Positions 1-14,413 of a stretch of 64,000 nt of DNA are shown here, one piece after another; the first letter of the stretch is position 1; each line of letters begins with the position of its first letter. The stretch comes from Fistulifera solaris (lineage: Eukaryota). The position numbers were made by a program, and so were the translations under genes. Location: contig AP026134.1 in NCBI GenBank assembly GCA_030295235.1, positions 620,001 to 684,000 on the forward strand. The letters are read 5' to 3'. Below the pieces are notes generated by a model. It was given only the letters and a program-made list of their open reading frames with translations. It had not been told where the DNA came from and made no database searches.

Positions 1-757
1 CATAAGCAGTTTCAAGCCATTTCCATGGCGTATCAAATTTTGAAAGATAAGGACATGAGAGATGCGTACGATGAATCGGGAGAAATTCCGGATACACCCG
101 ACGACGATGATGACATGGGAACATCCCATAAACGCAATCCGTGGAAAGAATACTTCGATCGCATCTTTGGTAAGGTGACTACGTCCGATATTGACGCCTT
201 TTCGGCTAAATACAAATGTAGTGATGAAGAGAAAAAGGATGTCTTGCAGCAATTCGTACAGCGAAAAGGAGATTTGATGCAAATGCTCGAATTTGTCATG
301 TTGAGTACCGAAAAGGATGCCGTGCGGTGGGTGGAAGATTATCTCCGACCGGCCCTGGAAGCTAACGAAATTCCGAACGAATATCAGTCGACTATGAACA
401 AGACACTGGAAAAAATCCAAAAGAAACTCAGTAAGCAGAAGGATTTCGAGGAACAAGCCGAAGAAGACAACGACAACGACGACGACGACGACGACGCCAC
501 CGAGTCGGAAGAGGATTTGCCTCCCGTCCTGCGCAAACCCAAACGCACCGTCAAAAGGGGAAACCAACGCAAGCGAAAAGAAAAAGAACGACGATATGAC
601 CGATTTGATTGCACAAATTCAAAACAAGCGGGGTGGTGCGAATAGCCTCCTCCAAAGTATAGCGTCACGCTACGGTGTCGACAATCACGATCCGCTGAAC
701 GACGACGAATTTTCCAAACTTCAGGCTCGTGTCGAGTCGAAGCGAAAAAAGAAGTAA
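1..757 (+). CDS. DnaJ/Hsp40 protein, DNAJC9-like (5'-truncated by window edge)
   Basis: End of a J-domain (KQFQAISMAYQILKDKDMRDAYDESG), then W..YF..IF..VT..DI..F...YK.S.EEK.D typical of DNAJC9. A frameshift in the A-rich tract at ~560-590 gives the C-terminus DDMTDLIAQIQNKR...SKRKKK* (TAA 755-757). Confidence 0.8.
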
Positions 758-852
758 TTATCGGAACTGCAGCATAGCAATCGTATGAAGAATGCATTTA
801 CTACAATTTAGAAAAGAATTTTTAGTAATTCATTGTTGAATAGCTTCAATCA

Positions 853-2281
853 CTAGACTCCCAGAACACGTGGGAAATACGAATGCAGTACGGCGGTTAT
901 GGCTCCCAGGATCGAGCACGCAAAGCCGAATCCAACAAGGAACTTGCAAAAGTAGCGTTCCAATTTATCCTTCGTCTTTCTTGTCACATCCTTGGATGTA
1001 TGCTTCAAATAAAGCAAGGCCGGATACGTGTAAATAATGGCCGTCCCCGTCAAAGCCCCATTGAAACTAATGACAAATCCCGCATCTTTGACAAACAGCG
1101 CCATGCCCGTCAATATGGATAACAAAAGTGCCGTCACTTTCTTCGTTTCCCCTTCCCGACCCTTGCCCCACAATTGCAGAGCGGCGGAACGACACGCATC
1201 AAAGACAAAGGGAAAACCACCCACAACGGAAGTGACAATGAGTGACTTGGAGACTTTGGCGCCCCAGTCATGGGCGGGATAATTGTTCAGAATAATCCCT
1301 TGTGCATTCGCACCAAACGTCAAGAATCCAAACGCCATGGCCGCCATGCTGATGAGTGTGACCACAGTATACGAGAATCCCGTCATGAGATGGAACTGGT
1401 TCAAGACTGACTCGTCCTTGATCGCGGCTTGGTTACTTTTGCGTCCCGTCAAGGCATGATAGAATTCCGGTGCCGAGAAATGTGCCATGAGAGCGACACA
1501 ACTCATGGCAATCAAGAGAAGCGGTGCCGGTGAAGCCACTCGGTTGTAGGTATGAAACGAACCGGCGGTCGCATACGGACTGGTGGGTTGGAAAACGGGA
1601 CACCGCCAGGCCAAAAAGGCGGTCGTAAAGGCCGTTCCGGTGACTCCGACGAACGACAAGGGCGCCAAGGAAGCGAGCGATTGTAAATTACAAAGTGGCC
1701 AAAGAATACCTCCAGCCACGGCCAAAATGGAGGCCGAACGATTGGACCACCTCGTCCCGATCAAACTGGTAACAGAATCTCCAATGACCAAGATATACGC
1801 CAAGGCACAACCAAAGCAATAAATAAAGTTGGAAAACGGAATTAGAGTCGACTTTTTGTCCGCATAGACTGCTTGCCACAAATCCCCCCAAATTGTGGGC
1901 TTTCGGAAAATAAGCATGCGTCAATCGTCCGTACAACGCAAACGTGTAGGCCGAGAGAGCGGCAATGAGCGAAAAGAAGGTACATCCAGCCCACAAACTG
2001 CTGGGATCATTCGAAATGGCCGCCAAGCCGGACGGCAAGGACAACAATCCTGTTCCCAACATGGCTTTCATGACACTAAAACTCGTCGAATAGAGCCTAT
2101 TGTTGTTCGTGGATGAGATAGCCGCATCTTGTAATTCATTTGGTACATTTTCGTCAGAGGACAACGACGGTGTAGTGGTGAGGGCCAACGGAACCGAAAG
2201 AGAGCGATGCAATTGAAGTTGTTGCGGCAGCACAAAAGCTTCGGCTACCCAAAGTAAGCACAATATTCGAATAACACGCAT
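853..2281 (-). CDS. Amino acid transporter (AAAP/Aa_trans family) with bipartite plastid-type presequence
   Basis: ORFs 1688-2281 and 853-1917 join by a frameshift near 1905-1915. Motif MKAMLGTGLLSLPSG, many TM helices, N-terminus MRVIRILCLLWVAEA-FVLP. Confidence 0.8.
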
Positions 2282-2398
2282 GCTTGGATTGCTGTAGTGG
2301 TAATAAGGTATGAATGCAATAAAAGACTACTCTCGATGGTTGATGCAGTTTTGAGAGAGTGCTGGCGGGTGTTATATTGCGATCCATACTTTCATGTC

Positions 2399-2860
2399 AC
2401 ACGTCCCCAGAAAATGTGGGCGTGTGTTATTTGCACGTACCAAGAAAATGTGGACATGTGTTGTTTGCACGTACCCAGAAAATGTGGGAGTGTGTTATTT
2501 GCACGTACCCAGAAAATGTGGGAGTGTGTTGTTTGCACTTGCCCAGAAAATGTGGACATGTGCGTTTTTCACGTGCCCAGAAAATGTGGGAGTATGTGAA
2601 AACAGGTGTGACTACGACGTATGATGAAACGATTAACGATTAATTTTACTTGAAGACTGGGTACCGATGCGCATGAGGGAGAAACAAGCTAGGATGGTCA
2701 TGAGTCACGAGGAGGAGTTGTCAATTATTGATAAAATCCCGTGTAGGATTTCCATGTTGTTGTGGCATCGCGCCCAGAAAATGTGGGCGTGTGCGTTTTC
2801 ACGTGCACAGAAAACATGGGGATGTGGTGTTTTTTCAGGTGCCAAGAAAATTTTGGGGTG
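2399..2860 (+). repeat. 34-bp minisatellite (6 copies, 2399-2600) plus 3 degenerate copies (2765-2860)
   Basis: AGAAAATGTGG recurs at 2409, 2443, 2477, 2511, 2545 and 2579 (period 34), with diverged copies near 2776, 2809 and 2845. Consensus GCACGTACCCAGAAAATGTGGGAGTGTGTTATTT. Confidence 0.95.
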
Positions 2861-2985
2861 TGGCTCTTTGCAAGATGCCGACAAATAAAATTTGTAGCCG
2901 ACAATTAAAACAGTAGCAGATAACCAGTTATTGAGAAAACAGGACGTTCATAATGGGACGAATGAGAAGGAAAGCACGTTCTAAC

Positions 2986-4988
2986 ATGACGTCTTCGCAG
3001 TGGACGGCCAACGACCGTTCCGATTTGGTGGCCTTTTTAGTCGCTTACCGAGAAGCGGCCGTCGGTCGTTATCAGTTAACCAAGCCGGAGCAGTTTGTGA
3101 TAGGAGGAATCAATTTTCCCATTTTGTCGCATCGATCGATACGGCAACGTTTCTTGGCAATGCCGATCCAATTGACGGCGAAGCAACGAAAAGTCGTGCA
3201 CGAATGTTGTGTGGAAAGTAAGTCGTTTCGTTCTTTTGTAGGAAAGCACCATGACTCACCATACTTACAAATAAATGATCAGCCTTTTTGTTTCACGGAA
3301 CCATCGATCGAGAAGACGGACAGCGACAAGTATTGATTTCGATTTACGCCGATGGCTTACCGAAGACCGAGGGTCGACGACCCGGTGCTCTCTATATGTA
3401 TCGTCCCTGGTTCTGTCGCGAACGAGAAAGTACAGAAGCCCAAGAAACAGCCATCGAAACCATACACTCTTTAATCGATCAACCGTCGCGTTGTATTCGA
3501 GATACGGATAGTCTCGATCTCGAACAACTCCAAACGATGGTCGTTCCGGGGCCACTGCACGACAATCTACTTCTCGTCAACTCACTGGCGAGTATTCGAC
3601 AAATGCAACGCGAATGGAAGGAACATCCTCCAACCATCATTGCTTTTGACTTGGAAGCGTACAACGAATCCAAATATTGTCAGTTGACCTGTTTGTTACA
3701 ACTTGCGGTACCTTCTCATCCACATCAACGACATTACATCCTTGATCCACTCGTGTCCGATGTATGGGATGAAATAGGCCCTACCTTGGCGCCGTACTTT
3801 GCCGATCCGTCCATTGTCAAAATTGGACACGCCATTGGCGGTCTCGATGTTCCCTGCTTGTATCGCGACTTTGGGATTGTCGTCGTCAATGCGTTTGATA
3901 CGTACGAAGCCGCGACACAATTGAAATTGCCTCTCAAAGGACTGGCGGCGGTGTGTGATCATTATCAGCTACTCCAAAATGGAGACTATTATACAAGCCT
4001 CAAAGAGCAGTATCAATCTTGCGACTGGAGAGTGCGCCCTTTGACGGAACCGATGCTCCAGTACGGTCGATTTGATATTCATTATTTGATGCCGTTACGA
4101 GAACTCATGATCCGTGACCTTACCCGAGATGCTTGGGCGTCCGGTCGTCAGCAATCGCAATTGGTAGCAGAAGCGCTGCAAGAAACATTGCAACAGTTTG
4201 CAAGAGAAGAAGACGAGGGTGATTTTCTGACGTCGGCCCGAACCAGTCTGTCGAGTTATGCGACTGGACGAAATAATGACGGTGAAGACACCGTCGGATA
4301 TCAGAGTGCGCTTTCGCGGCAGTCTTCGTTAAGTGAGTATGATACTCCGGCCGAGGAGGGTAGTATATTGAGTAATTATACAAGGAAAAGTGAGTGCGTA
4401 GCGAATGTGGTATCCCGCGAGCATTTGAATGCCTCTGAATTACGGATGCAGATTGATTTGGGAAGGACCTTGGCCATGAGCCAAGAGCATTGTCGGAAAC
4501 TGTGGAAAGGACGCAGCGAACCGCGTATGGGAGTCTTGGATTTGTTGGTTCAGCGTCTGCGTCGCCATCAAATTCCGTGGACATCATCGCAAAGCGAACT
4601 TTACATCCACCTAGCGGATTGGCGAGATGCGATAGCAGCTGCTCTAGAAACATTGCCGCAATTCATCGCACCACTGGAATTTTTGGCCGCTGTCGCTTAT
4701 CAGCGTCCTTGTACTGAAGTTGGTCTGCGGAGAATATCAACTAGCTTGCCACACGCAATTGAAGAAAATAGCGAAATACGAGAACAATTACTTGATATTG
4801 TTCGCGAATCAGCTTGCACAAAGGAGAGCACAGAGAGTTTTCGCAAAGAGTATTATTTTTATAAAGTGAATAGATTTCGCCGTTTGATGGATGATGGCAT
4901 AATCATGCAATGGAAGTGGTCTATTGCAGTGGCGGTAGTCCTTGCAGGAGCAGCGTTGGTCGTGTCAGGACGCAAGCGCTCGAGATGA
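2986..4988 (+). CDS. RRP6-like DEDDy 3'-5' exonuclease with HRDC domain, N-terminal R3H-like segment and C-terminal hydrophobic helix
   Basis: ExoI IAFDLEAYN, ExoII KIGHAIGGLDV, ExoIII DWRVRPLTEPMLQYGRFDIHYL, HRDC-like LADWRDAIAAALE. ORF 2953-3336 joins 3288-4988 by an inferred frameshift in the T-run at ~3285. Confidence 0.8.
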
Positions 4989-5074
4989 ATAGCAGTTGTC
5001 AAGTGCACTAATGTATAACGTCTAAAAAGCTAATGTCAGTAATGTACTAAATATTGTTCGATTTTCGTAGTCGC

Positions 5075-7014
5075 TTACAAAGTCGGGGACATGCTGCTCA
5101 GATTGTGGAACGCCCCAGACACGTGGGCGGAAGAAGGCACAGAGTCCCGCTTTTGCTGCAAATACTGGTGGCACGCATCCGCAACACCTCGGCCCTCATT
5201 AATGGCCCACACAACAAGGGATTGCCCGCGCCGGCAATCACCTCCAGCAAAAACACCTTCGACGTTGGTACGATAATCCCCATAAACTGCATGAATGTTC
5301 TTGCGTTGATCAGTATCTAACCCAAGCTCCTCAACAATATATTGCTCCGGCGCAACAAAGCCCATACTCAAAACAACAAGATCTGCCGGCCATTCTCGTT
5401 CCGAACCCTCAATCGCTTTGGGTCCCTCTTTGCTAATTTCAACGTCTTGGGTAACTAATGCTTTCACGTGACCATTTTCGTCTCCAATAAATTCCTTCGT
5501 CATGACTGAGTACACACGTGGATCCTTGCCGAATACAGCTTTGGCCTCTGCGTGACCGTAATCAACACCAAACACTCGTGGCCACTGGGGCCATGGGTTA
5601 TCGGGAGCACGCGACATGGGAGGTTGTGGCATCAATTCAAAGTTAGTAACTGACTTGCAACGATGGCGCATGCTAGTACCGATACAATCGGTTCCCGTGT
5701 CACCACCACCGATGACGATGACATCTTTGCCGGCAGCTGTGATCCAGTTTTCTTTTTCCCACTGAGATTCTAATGTTCCCTCCTTTGTCATTAGTAGCTT
5801 CTTTTGGTTGGCGGTCAAGAATTCCTAAAAATACGAGGAGAAACGAAGAAAAGTCAGAAAATACTCTCACTGACCAACACCGTGCCCAATTCATGCTTAC
5901 CATTGCAAAATGAATTCCTTTCAATTCACGTCCAGGGACGGGCAAGTCACGAGGCTTCGTTGAGCCGACACAAAGGATCAAAGCATCCACGTTGGCGCGC
6001 AATTCATTAATGTCAACATTATGCCCAATGTTTGCGTTTGTCACAAACTCGATACCCTCTTCTCTCAACAAGTTCACTCTTCGATCGACAGTATCCTTTT
6101 CCAATTTCATGTTGGGAATGCCGTACATCAAAAGCCCTCCGATTCGGTCAGCACGTTCATAAACCGTTACTTTGTGTCCCATCTGATTCAACTGATCCGC
6201 CGCAGCCAGTCCCGACGGACCTGATCCTACAACTGCCACCGTCATTCCAGTCCGATTTTCTGGAATCCGCGGTGTGATGAGGCCCTCCTTCCAAGCACGG
6301 TCCACGATACTGTACTCAATGTTCTTGATGGTCACCGGTGCATCGACCAATCCAGCCACACACGATCCTTCACAAGGCGCCGGACACACTCTTCCCGTAA
6401 ATTCCGGAAAGTTGTTGGTTTTGTGCAGCCGATCGATGGCATCTTCCCACTGTCCGTTGTAGACTAAATTGTTCCATTCCGGAATCAGATTGTTCACCGG
6501 ACAGCCCGCATGCGTCTGACAGAACGGAGTGCCACAATCCATGCATCGTGCCGCCTGTACTTTGCGTTCCACGCTGGTGTGATACTCGCTATCTTCCTCG
6601 GTGGGGTTCAATTCACCCCAATCGCGGACACGTTCGGTGGGCTTGCGATAGGGTTCCGGATTGCGTTGGTAGTTCAAGAAGCCTCGCAACTTTTCAATGG
6701 AAGCGTACGATCCGTCGCGGCGTTTGACACTGTTATAGAATGAAGGAGAATGAGTCAGAAAATGGATTTGAAAAATCATCGACAGGCATTATCTTTCCGA
6801 TCGCGACGTCGCATCACTCGCTAGACGGAATTCTCGTACACTTTGTACGGATCTCTACGTACCGAGGTTCATTGTCATGATCGCTCGATTGGCCCTCTCT
6901 CCAAATCTCGTGGCGACCATCGGCACCCAAAGGACCGGCTTTTTCAATTTGAGTCGATAACTTTCTCAATGTTCGGCTCGAAGCCACAAGTCGCTGCGTG
7001 CGTGCTGCCAACAT
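5075..7014 (-). CDS. gltD: Glutamate synthase [NAD(P)H] small (beta) subunit, 3 exons, mitochondrial-type presequence
   Basis: [80 protein letters not shown] introns 6862-6730 and 5900-5825 preserve the frame. Confidence 0.92.
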
Positions 7015-8207
7015 TGTTTCAAACAAACTCTATGTTGATGCGAGCGAGAAAGAGAAAAAAAGCGAAGAAGCCGCCAGCCTTTGACCACAAAAAAAAGAAT
7101 GGGTGCAAAATATTTCACACGAAGATTGGCCAGGTCAATCTTCCGCCCCAAAATTCCGAGATGAGTGGTACTCGGACAATCCGGAAAAGGTGAGGTATAT
7201 AGTACCAAGTACATCCGTGTACCAGATACGTCACAGCGTCCGACTTGCGGACAGGGAAAAGCGAACGAGCCTCCCATCCGAAGCAGATGTCACATTCGTG
7301 AACCATTCTTCGCTTTGTTCCTCCATGCAAATACAACTTACAAAAATGAGTCTTGTACAAGTATCTGCATCTGCACGTCGGTCGTCTGCTCCTTCTTCAA
7401 CGTAACGAGTGACGTGTGTGGAAAAATAATAAAGCACAACAAGTTAAATGCATGTTTCGTTTTTTCCAACGAATTGAGATTTTTCAACGATGTCAATTGT
7501 TGCTCTATATCTGTTAGGGGAAATGGTAACACGACATTGATGGCCAAGAGACCTATAACAATGCTGTTGTTGAAATAGTGTAATATCCGGGTACACCGTC
7601 TGTCGACACAGTTCCTTACGAGGACTACGTGAAACAGACGTAGACTTTCGAAGCATTGCTCATTGTTATAGATTAGAATGTTTTTATTGTTTGTCACGCT
7701 TGGCTTGAAGGCTGATTTACTTCATGTTGGATTCCGAAATTAAGGCGCTCTCATTAAGGTTACTGGGTACCAGCGTGGGTTCTGTTTTTGTCTGTCTGTC
7801 TGTCGTCTGCTCATTCTTTCGTCTTCGTCCCATGAACCCATGAATGACGTTTGTGATCTGTCGCAAATTTCTGACAGCCTCCACCTTGATGATGAATGAT
7901 GATGTGTTTCGTTTTTATCCTCCCTCCGATCGAAATCGTAGAGACGGATACCAGGTAGCAATCGTGTGATTGTTGCTGTTGGAAAATAGGATTACTTTTC
8001 TTTATTCAAATTTATTCAAAGGACCGATTGGGCTTGCCGTCGGATTTATCGCTGTTCCGTTTCGAACGCTCCTTCCTTTGTTTTCAGGAAAGACGCACCT
8101 CCTTTCTTGTTTCTTGCGATCCGTCGGGCTTCTCTGTTTGCTGCAAAATCCCGTCTGTCCTCCATTCCTTGAGAATTCGGCTGAAATCTTTTCTTTCTTT
8201 CTTGTAG

Positions 8208-10058
<1,851 letters not shown>

Positions 10059-10328
10059 AGGAATAAGTTAGGGTACACCTTGTGCCTCGTCGATGGTAGA
10101 GCCTGTAGGTGCACATTATAGCAATAAACTAATTCATACTAATCACTCTGAATACGAAACGAAACTGTTTTCTGGCTAGTGAGTTGAATTGATTTCTTCT
10201 CGACGTTCCCAGAAGGTGATGCTGAAGCAACTACATCTTAAGCTTCTAGTCACTGGTAAATATTATGAGATGGGTCAATGATTTTAGCTAGTTTCGGCTT
10301 GTTACAATTTTTTTATTTCACATAGCGC

Positions 10329-11021
10329 TCATGCCGCTGGAGCTGTTGGTGCTGACTTGAAGAACAATAATAGCACGTTTCCAATGAATCCGTCTAGGTT
10401 ACCAATGGAATCGTGTTCTTCGTATGCATTGAAGGACATAATAGTTGATAGCAGTTGCTCAAAGCAACATCGAGATTTGTCTTCGTTTCCAAGAGACAAG
10501 TGAATCTGTCCCAAGTTGTTGGAAATGGCCATGGACTGTAAGGGCGAGATTACAAGTTCCTCGTTGATTTGAATTGAACAAACGAGCTCATAGAGAGATT
10601 TAGCCTTGAGAAGCTTTCCTGTACAATTAACATCTTGAATAGCAATAAGGTGATGCGCAAGAGCAATGTTGTAAAGTATTACAAAGGAGAGCTTGACGTT
10701 ATCTCGGAAAGATTGCATTTCTTGCTGATGGGCTGGAATGTACATCGGTGAAGTGAAAGTATACCCTTCTACGCCCAAGCTTGATAGTAAAGTGTATCCG
10801 AGCTCCGGTGGGTATTGGAGGAACACTCCAAGAGGAGACTCGTTATCGTCGTCCTCGATAGTATCCTTGCTGCTTTCCTCTTGCTGTATCATTTCTTGCT
10901 TAACGAGACTCAATGCTTTTGATAGAACTCTGAGGGCATGGCCGTACCTTCCCTTTAAGATCATGTGTATTCCAGCATTGTTCAAAAGAACAGGGTCGTT
11001 GCTTTCATCGACCAAACTCAT
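10329..11021 (-). CDS. Hypothetical TPR-like helical protein (230 aa)
   Basis: Intact ORF with LNNAG.., ILYNIALAHH, NNLGQIH..LG patterns and C-terminal TAPAA, resembling a diatom-expanded family. Confidence 0.65.
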   Translation of the reverse strand: MSLVDESNDPVLLNNAGIHMILKGRYGHALRVLSKALSLVKQEMIQQEESSKDTIEDDDNESPLGVFLQYPPELGYTLLSSLGVEGYTFTSPMYIPAHQQEMQSFRDNVKLSFVILYNIALAHHLIAIQDVNCTGKLLKAKSLYELVCSIQINEELVISPLQSMAISNNLGQIHLSLGNEDKSRCCFEQLLSTIMSFNAYEEHDSIGNLDGFIGNVLLLFFKSAPTAPAA

Positions 11022-12359
11022 GGTGTATAGCTCGATGTCGTCGATCGATTATGGGCAACAAGTGGTATGCTTTATTTGGGTTGTGGCGTTCAGCTTTTGC
11101 TGGTTTATTTTTGTTGACCACAAAACGAAATGCTAAATCTTGAATTCGGTTCTGGGTTCTCGCATTCACTTCTCAGTTCTCGGGGTTCTTCGAAGCAGAA
11201 AAAGGCATAAAACCCTAGAACAAATAAAGAACACTAATAGTGTACTTTACCGAGTACCGGTATCGGAACCTCATTCCTAAAGCCTTGTTCAATGGCGAAC
11301 ACAAGCATGGAACCCGAAGGACTAAACAGGGCTATGTTATTATTGGATGTATAGATGTATGGATGTATGGGTTTTCTTTTATTTTTGAATCAAGAAAATA
11401 AATGTACTATGTTTTCAACTGTTCTTTGACTACAAGATATATGTCTGTCCTCTGTCCACGATTGCTTCCCGATTTGCCCCGAAATGACACGCGACATAAA
11501 TTTGAACTTGAAGAAAAATTATACGGAGTATTGCCTATTTTATAATAAAAGAATGTAGGGGACTATCCTCATTACACAACCAGTCAACCAAACATCTTCA
11601 TGACCAAATGCGAATATGACCTCTTCAGTGAGTATTTCTAGTGTTCTCGGATTCTACGCCTTCTCGAGCCGTTCGCCACTCCTTACCTGCCTTAAACCCT
11701 CCAAATTCAATGTTCTTTGTTCGTCCATTTCAATCCTCTATCAAATGTTTCGGTGACGTTTGTGGAAACACGTCCCAATCGCCCAATCAGATCATAGACC
11801 AGCAAGCGATTCATTAGGAGTCAGTTGAGGACGATGACATGCGCATCTGACATCCAAATAGCCCTCGGTATCATAGATTCAAGACCGAAACGCAGTCTGG
11901 GATCATTACTTCTACGGAGGACGGAGTAAAATTGTGAGAAAGTAGGAGGATAACGCTTGCTTGCTGAAGACTGAATAAGGATTAGGCTCCTTGTTATTAG
12001 AGACGGAAAAGTTAAGATCTGCAAGATATTAAAGGTTCCGGAACTTGGCAGCTGGTCGAGACACGACAACACACTCATCGAAAAGAGATTACTTTTCGAT
12101 CAATGAATGCGATAGTGTCTGCACGGATCGAACTACAAGTAAATGTTTGGTGTTTTCGAAGACTGCACTGAACTTAGAGTGCACGCAAAGGATTTTCTTA
12201 AATTAAAATCACGTCTATTATTGAGAGTAGTTTTTCTGTTTAACTGGATCACGCGACGCATAGAGCCAACAAGTGGGACAACAATTCTAAAATAAGTTGC
12301 CTTTGCGGCGACCATAACGTGCAGTTGTGCATTATAAGTAGCACAAAAAATCAGTAACG

Positions 12360-12709
12360 TCAATCGAAATAGGCATCCTCGTCAACCTCGCCATCCCATT
12401 CAAATTTCTCTGGCTTGTTGTCTAGTTGCTCCTTTGAGTCGGATTTCTCATGTTTCGGTATTAGCCATGCGGTATCCTGGTCGCTGCTGTCAAGAAACGA
12501 CGGGTCACCACCCATTGCTTCAATCTCTTCTTCTTCGCTGGCAAAAAGTCGCTACCCTCCACAAAAGTGAACGATCCCTTGAAATTGTCTTTATCACAGG
12601 CAGAGTACAATTCCGTGGCGACTAGAAATGAGGGCCGTTGAGATATTGGAACGAATGCCTCGAGATCAGAGAACAAAACAAAAAAGCAAAGCAAGTTGAT
12701 CGTAATCAT
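12360..12709 (-). CDS. Small plastid-targeted acidic hypothetical protein (~116 aa; frameshift at ~12545)
   Basis: Signal MITINLLCFFVLFSDLEA-FVP. Adding one T to the T5 run gives ASEEEEIEAMGGDPSFLDS...KFEWDGEVDEDAYFD* (TGA 12362-12360). Confidence 0.65.
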
Positions 12710-13168
12710 TCGATTTACTTTTGTTAACAGAGTTTCCGCAAGATAACAACGGACCTGACGTGAAGCTATGTCACTTCGAATTATTCTTGTCTTTTCTGGC
12801 GACTGGTGGGTGGCAGAGTTGCACCACGGTGATGTGTGTTGTTGATGAGCAGTTGCGATGATGCGTTGTTGGTTGTTGGTTGTTGGTACAGACAGGCGGT
12901 ACGGTACCTGGTACGTACAGTGCGTAGGCGAGGCGTAGCGTACTTTTGTACCTGGTACTAGTACTGGTACTGTACCTGGTAGGGGGGCTGCGAAAGCGAA
13001 TAAAGTAAAGAAATAGAGGCGCGGAGAAATCTCGTGAAACTCAAATAATGAACCGGACCATTGGTATTTGTTTTTGTGACAAATTATCTCCACTGATCAA
13101 CGCGAACCTCTTGCCGTTGCCAGTCCTCGTTGTCATCAGCGACTTCAATTTGAAAAAAGAAAAAAATC

Positions 13169-13520
13169 ATGGAGACGGAGCAAGACGGAAATGCTGCCCG
13201 AAACAATGAAAATCGGATGGTTTACTCGGTGATTTGGATCGTTTTACTCTTCCTCGTGGTTTGGCCTCTGGGATGGTTCCTTTCGCCAATCTGGATTGTC
13301 TTATTGGCCGGGGAGGCCTTCCTTCCTCCAGGTAAGCGAAAACAAAGCTCTGATTTTGAGAATGAAGTTTCTGTCATTATTGAATGCATCTAAATTGTGT
13401 GGCATTCTTAACGCAGTTCGTGAGCTGAACAGGTTCATAGAAAAGCTCTTGACATGGCCTCGAACAATGGGATACGCTATTCAAGAAGGAAGAAGTGAGT
13501 TCCCGACACCTCTGGACTAA
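13169..13520 (+). CDS. Small membrane protein (~88 aa), 2 exons
   Basis: Intron 13332-13416 (GTAAGC...ACGCAG) joins the hydrophobic exon 1 in frame to VRELNRFIEKLLTWPR...PTPLD*. Confidence 0.75.
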
Positions 13521-13879
13521 ACAACTGTGAAAGCAACGATTCATCGAATGAATGAAAGATTGCATGATCCCCATTCGATTGTTAGTCGAACACAGTTATG
13601 TTCCCGTTCATGACCTTTGATCTTCAGTTACATAATCTCGTTGTTACTAAATCTCTACACCGTACACCATAGAGATCTTTCTCTTTTGTCTGCATATGCC
13701 AGCTAGCTTTCGTTCGGTCTCAGACATTGTACGCGATAATTTTCCTTATACCTCTGCGCCTGTTCTCTAACAACAATCGTCGATGCAAATAACAAATAAC
13801 CAGAAAATAAGTACGATGAGATGAATGCTTGATATTTTCTTTATATGGAATATAAGTTATACTGGTTAAAATGTTGCTG

Positions 13880-14340
13880 ATTGGATGTTGCTTTGGGTAT
13901 GCATTAAATTGTTCGACGACGAAAGAGACGTTGCATGACATAGACTATGACAACCCGTATTATGCGAATGAGCTTCATGGTAGGAAGAGTCCACAGTAAC
14001 TCGGTGAGCTCACATTGCAGGTTGGAAATGCCGAAAAATACTTCGGGATAGGTGTTAAACTTTACTATAATACCAAAGTGTAGGTCGATTTTCCCCACGA
14101 CTGGATTATCAGTCATGAGTCTCGTTGCTTTTTCGCAATGAATCATCATCGATAATGGCTGTTCTTTCTCACAGTTTTGCGCACGGTGTTAACAGAATGA
14201 AGTTGCCATCGACTGCTAGATACCTTTCCATTGGACAACCCTCTAACGAAGTCGAAATGCCTCCGCGATGGCGTCCTCTAGACGATTGTACTCCTAATAT
14301 TTTGTTGGTCGATATTCGGTACGACTGGATTTCAGTCATG
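13880..14340 (-). repeat. Dispersed ~220-bp tandem-unit element, locus 1 (minus strand)
   Basis: Heads GACTGAAATCCAGTCGT (14337 leftward) and GACTGATAATCCAGTCGTGGGGAAAATCGACCTACACTTTGGTATTATAGTAA (14114 leftward), 223 bp apart. Confidence 0.75.
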
Positions 14341-14413
14341 AGGCGTTCGTTGGAAACGATGATAAATTATTTTTTATTCGATTGTGAACAATGCAGAGAA
14401 AGCAATAACAACT

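Noticed and set aside
2399..2600. CRISPR array
   Set aside because: Units are head-to-tail with no unique spacers, there are no cas genes, and the context is eukaryotic.
2297..2643. Cys-rich ORFs with W-x-C-x2-C-T-Y resembling RanBP2/NZF zinc fingers
   Set aside because: They are translations of the 34-bp repeat. The period is not a multiple of 3, so the same peptides appear in all three frames.
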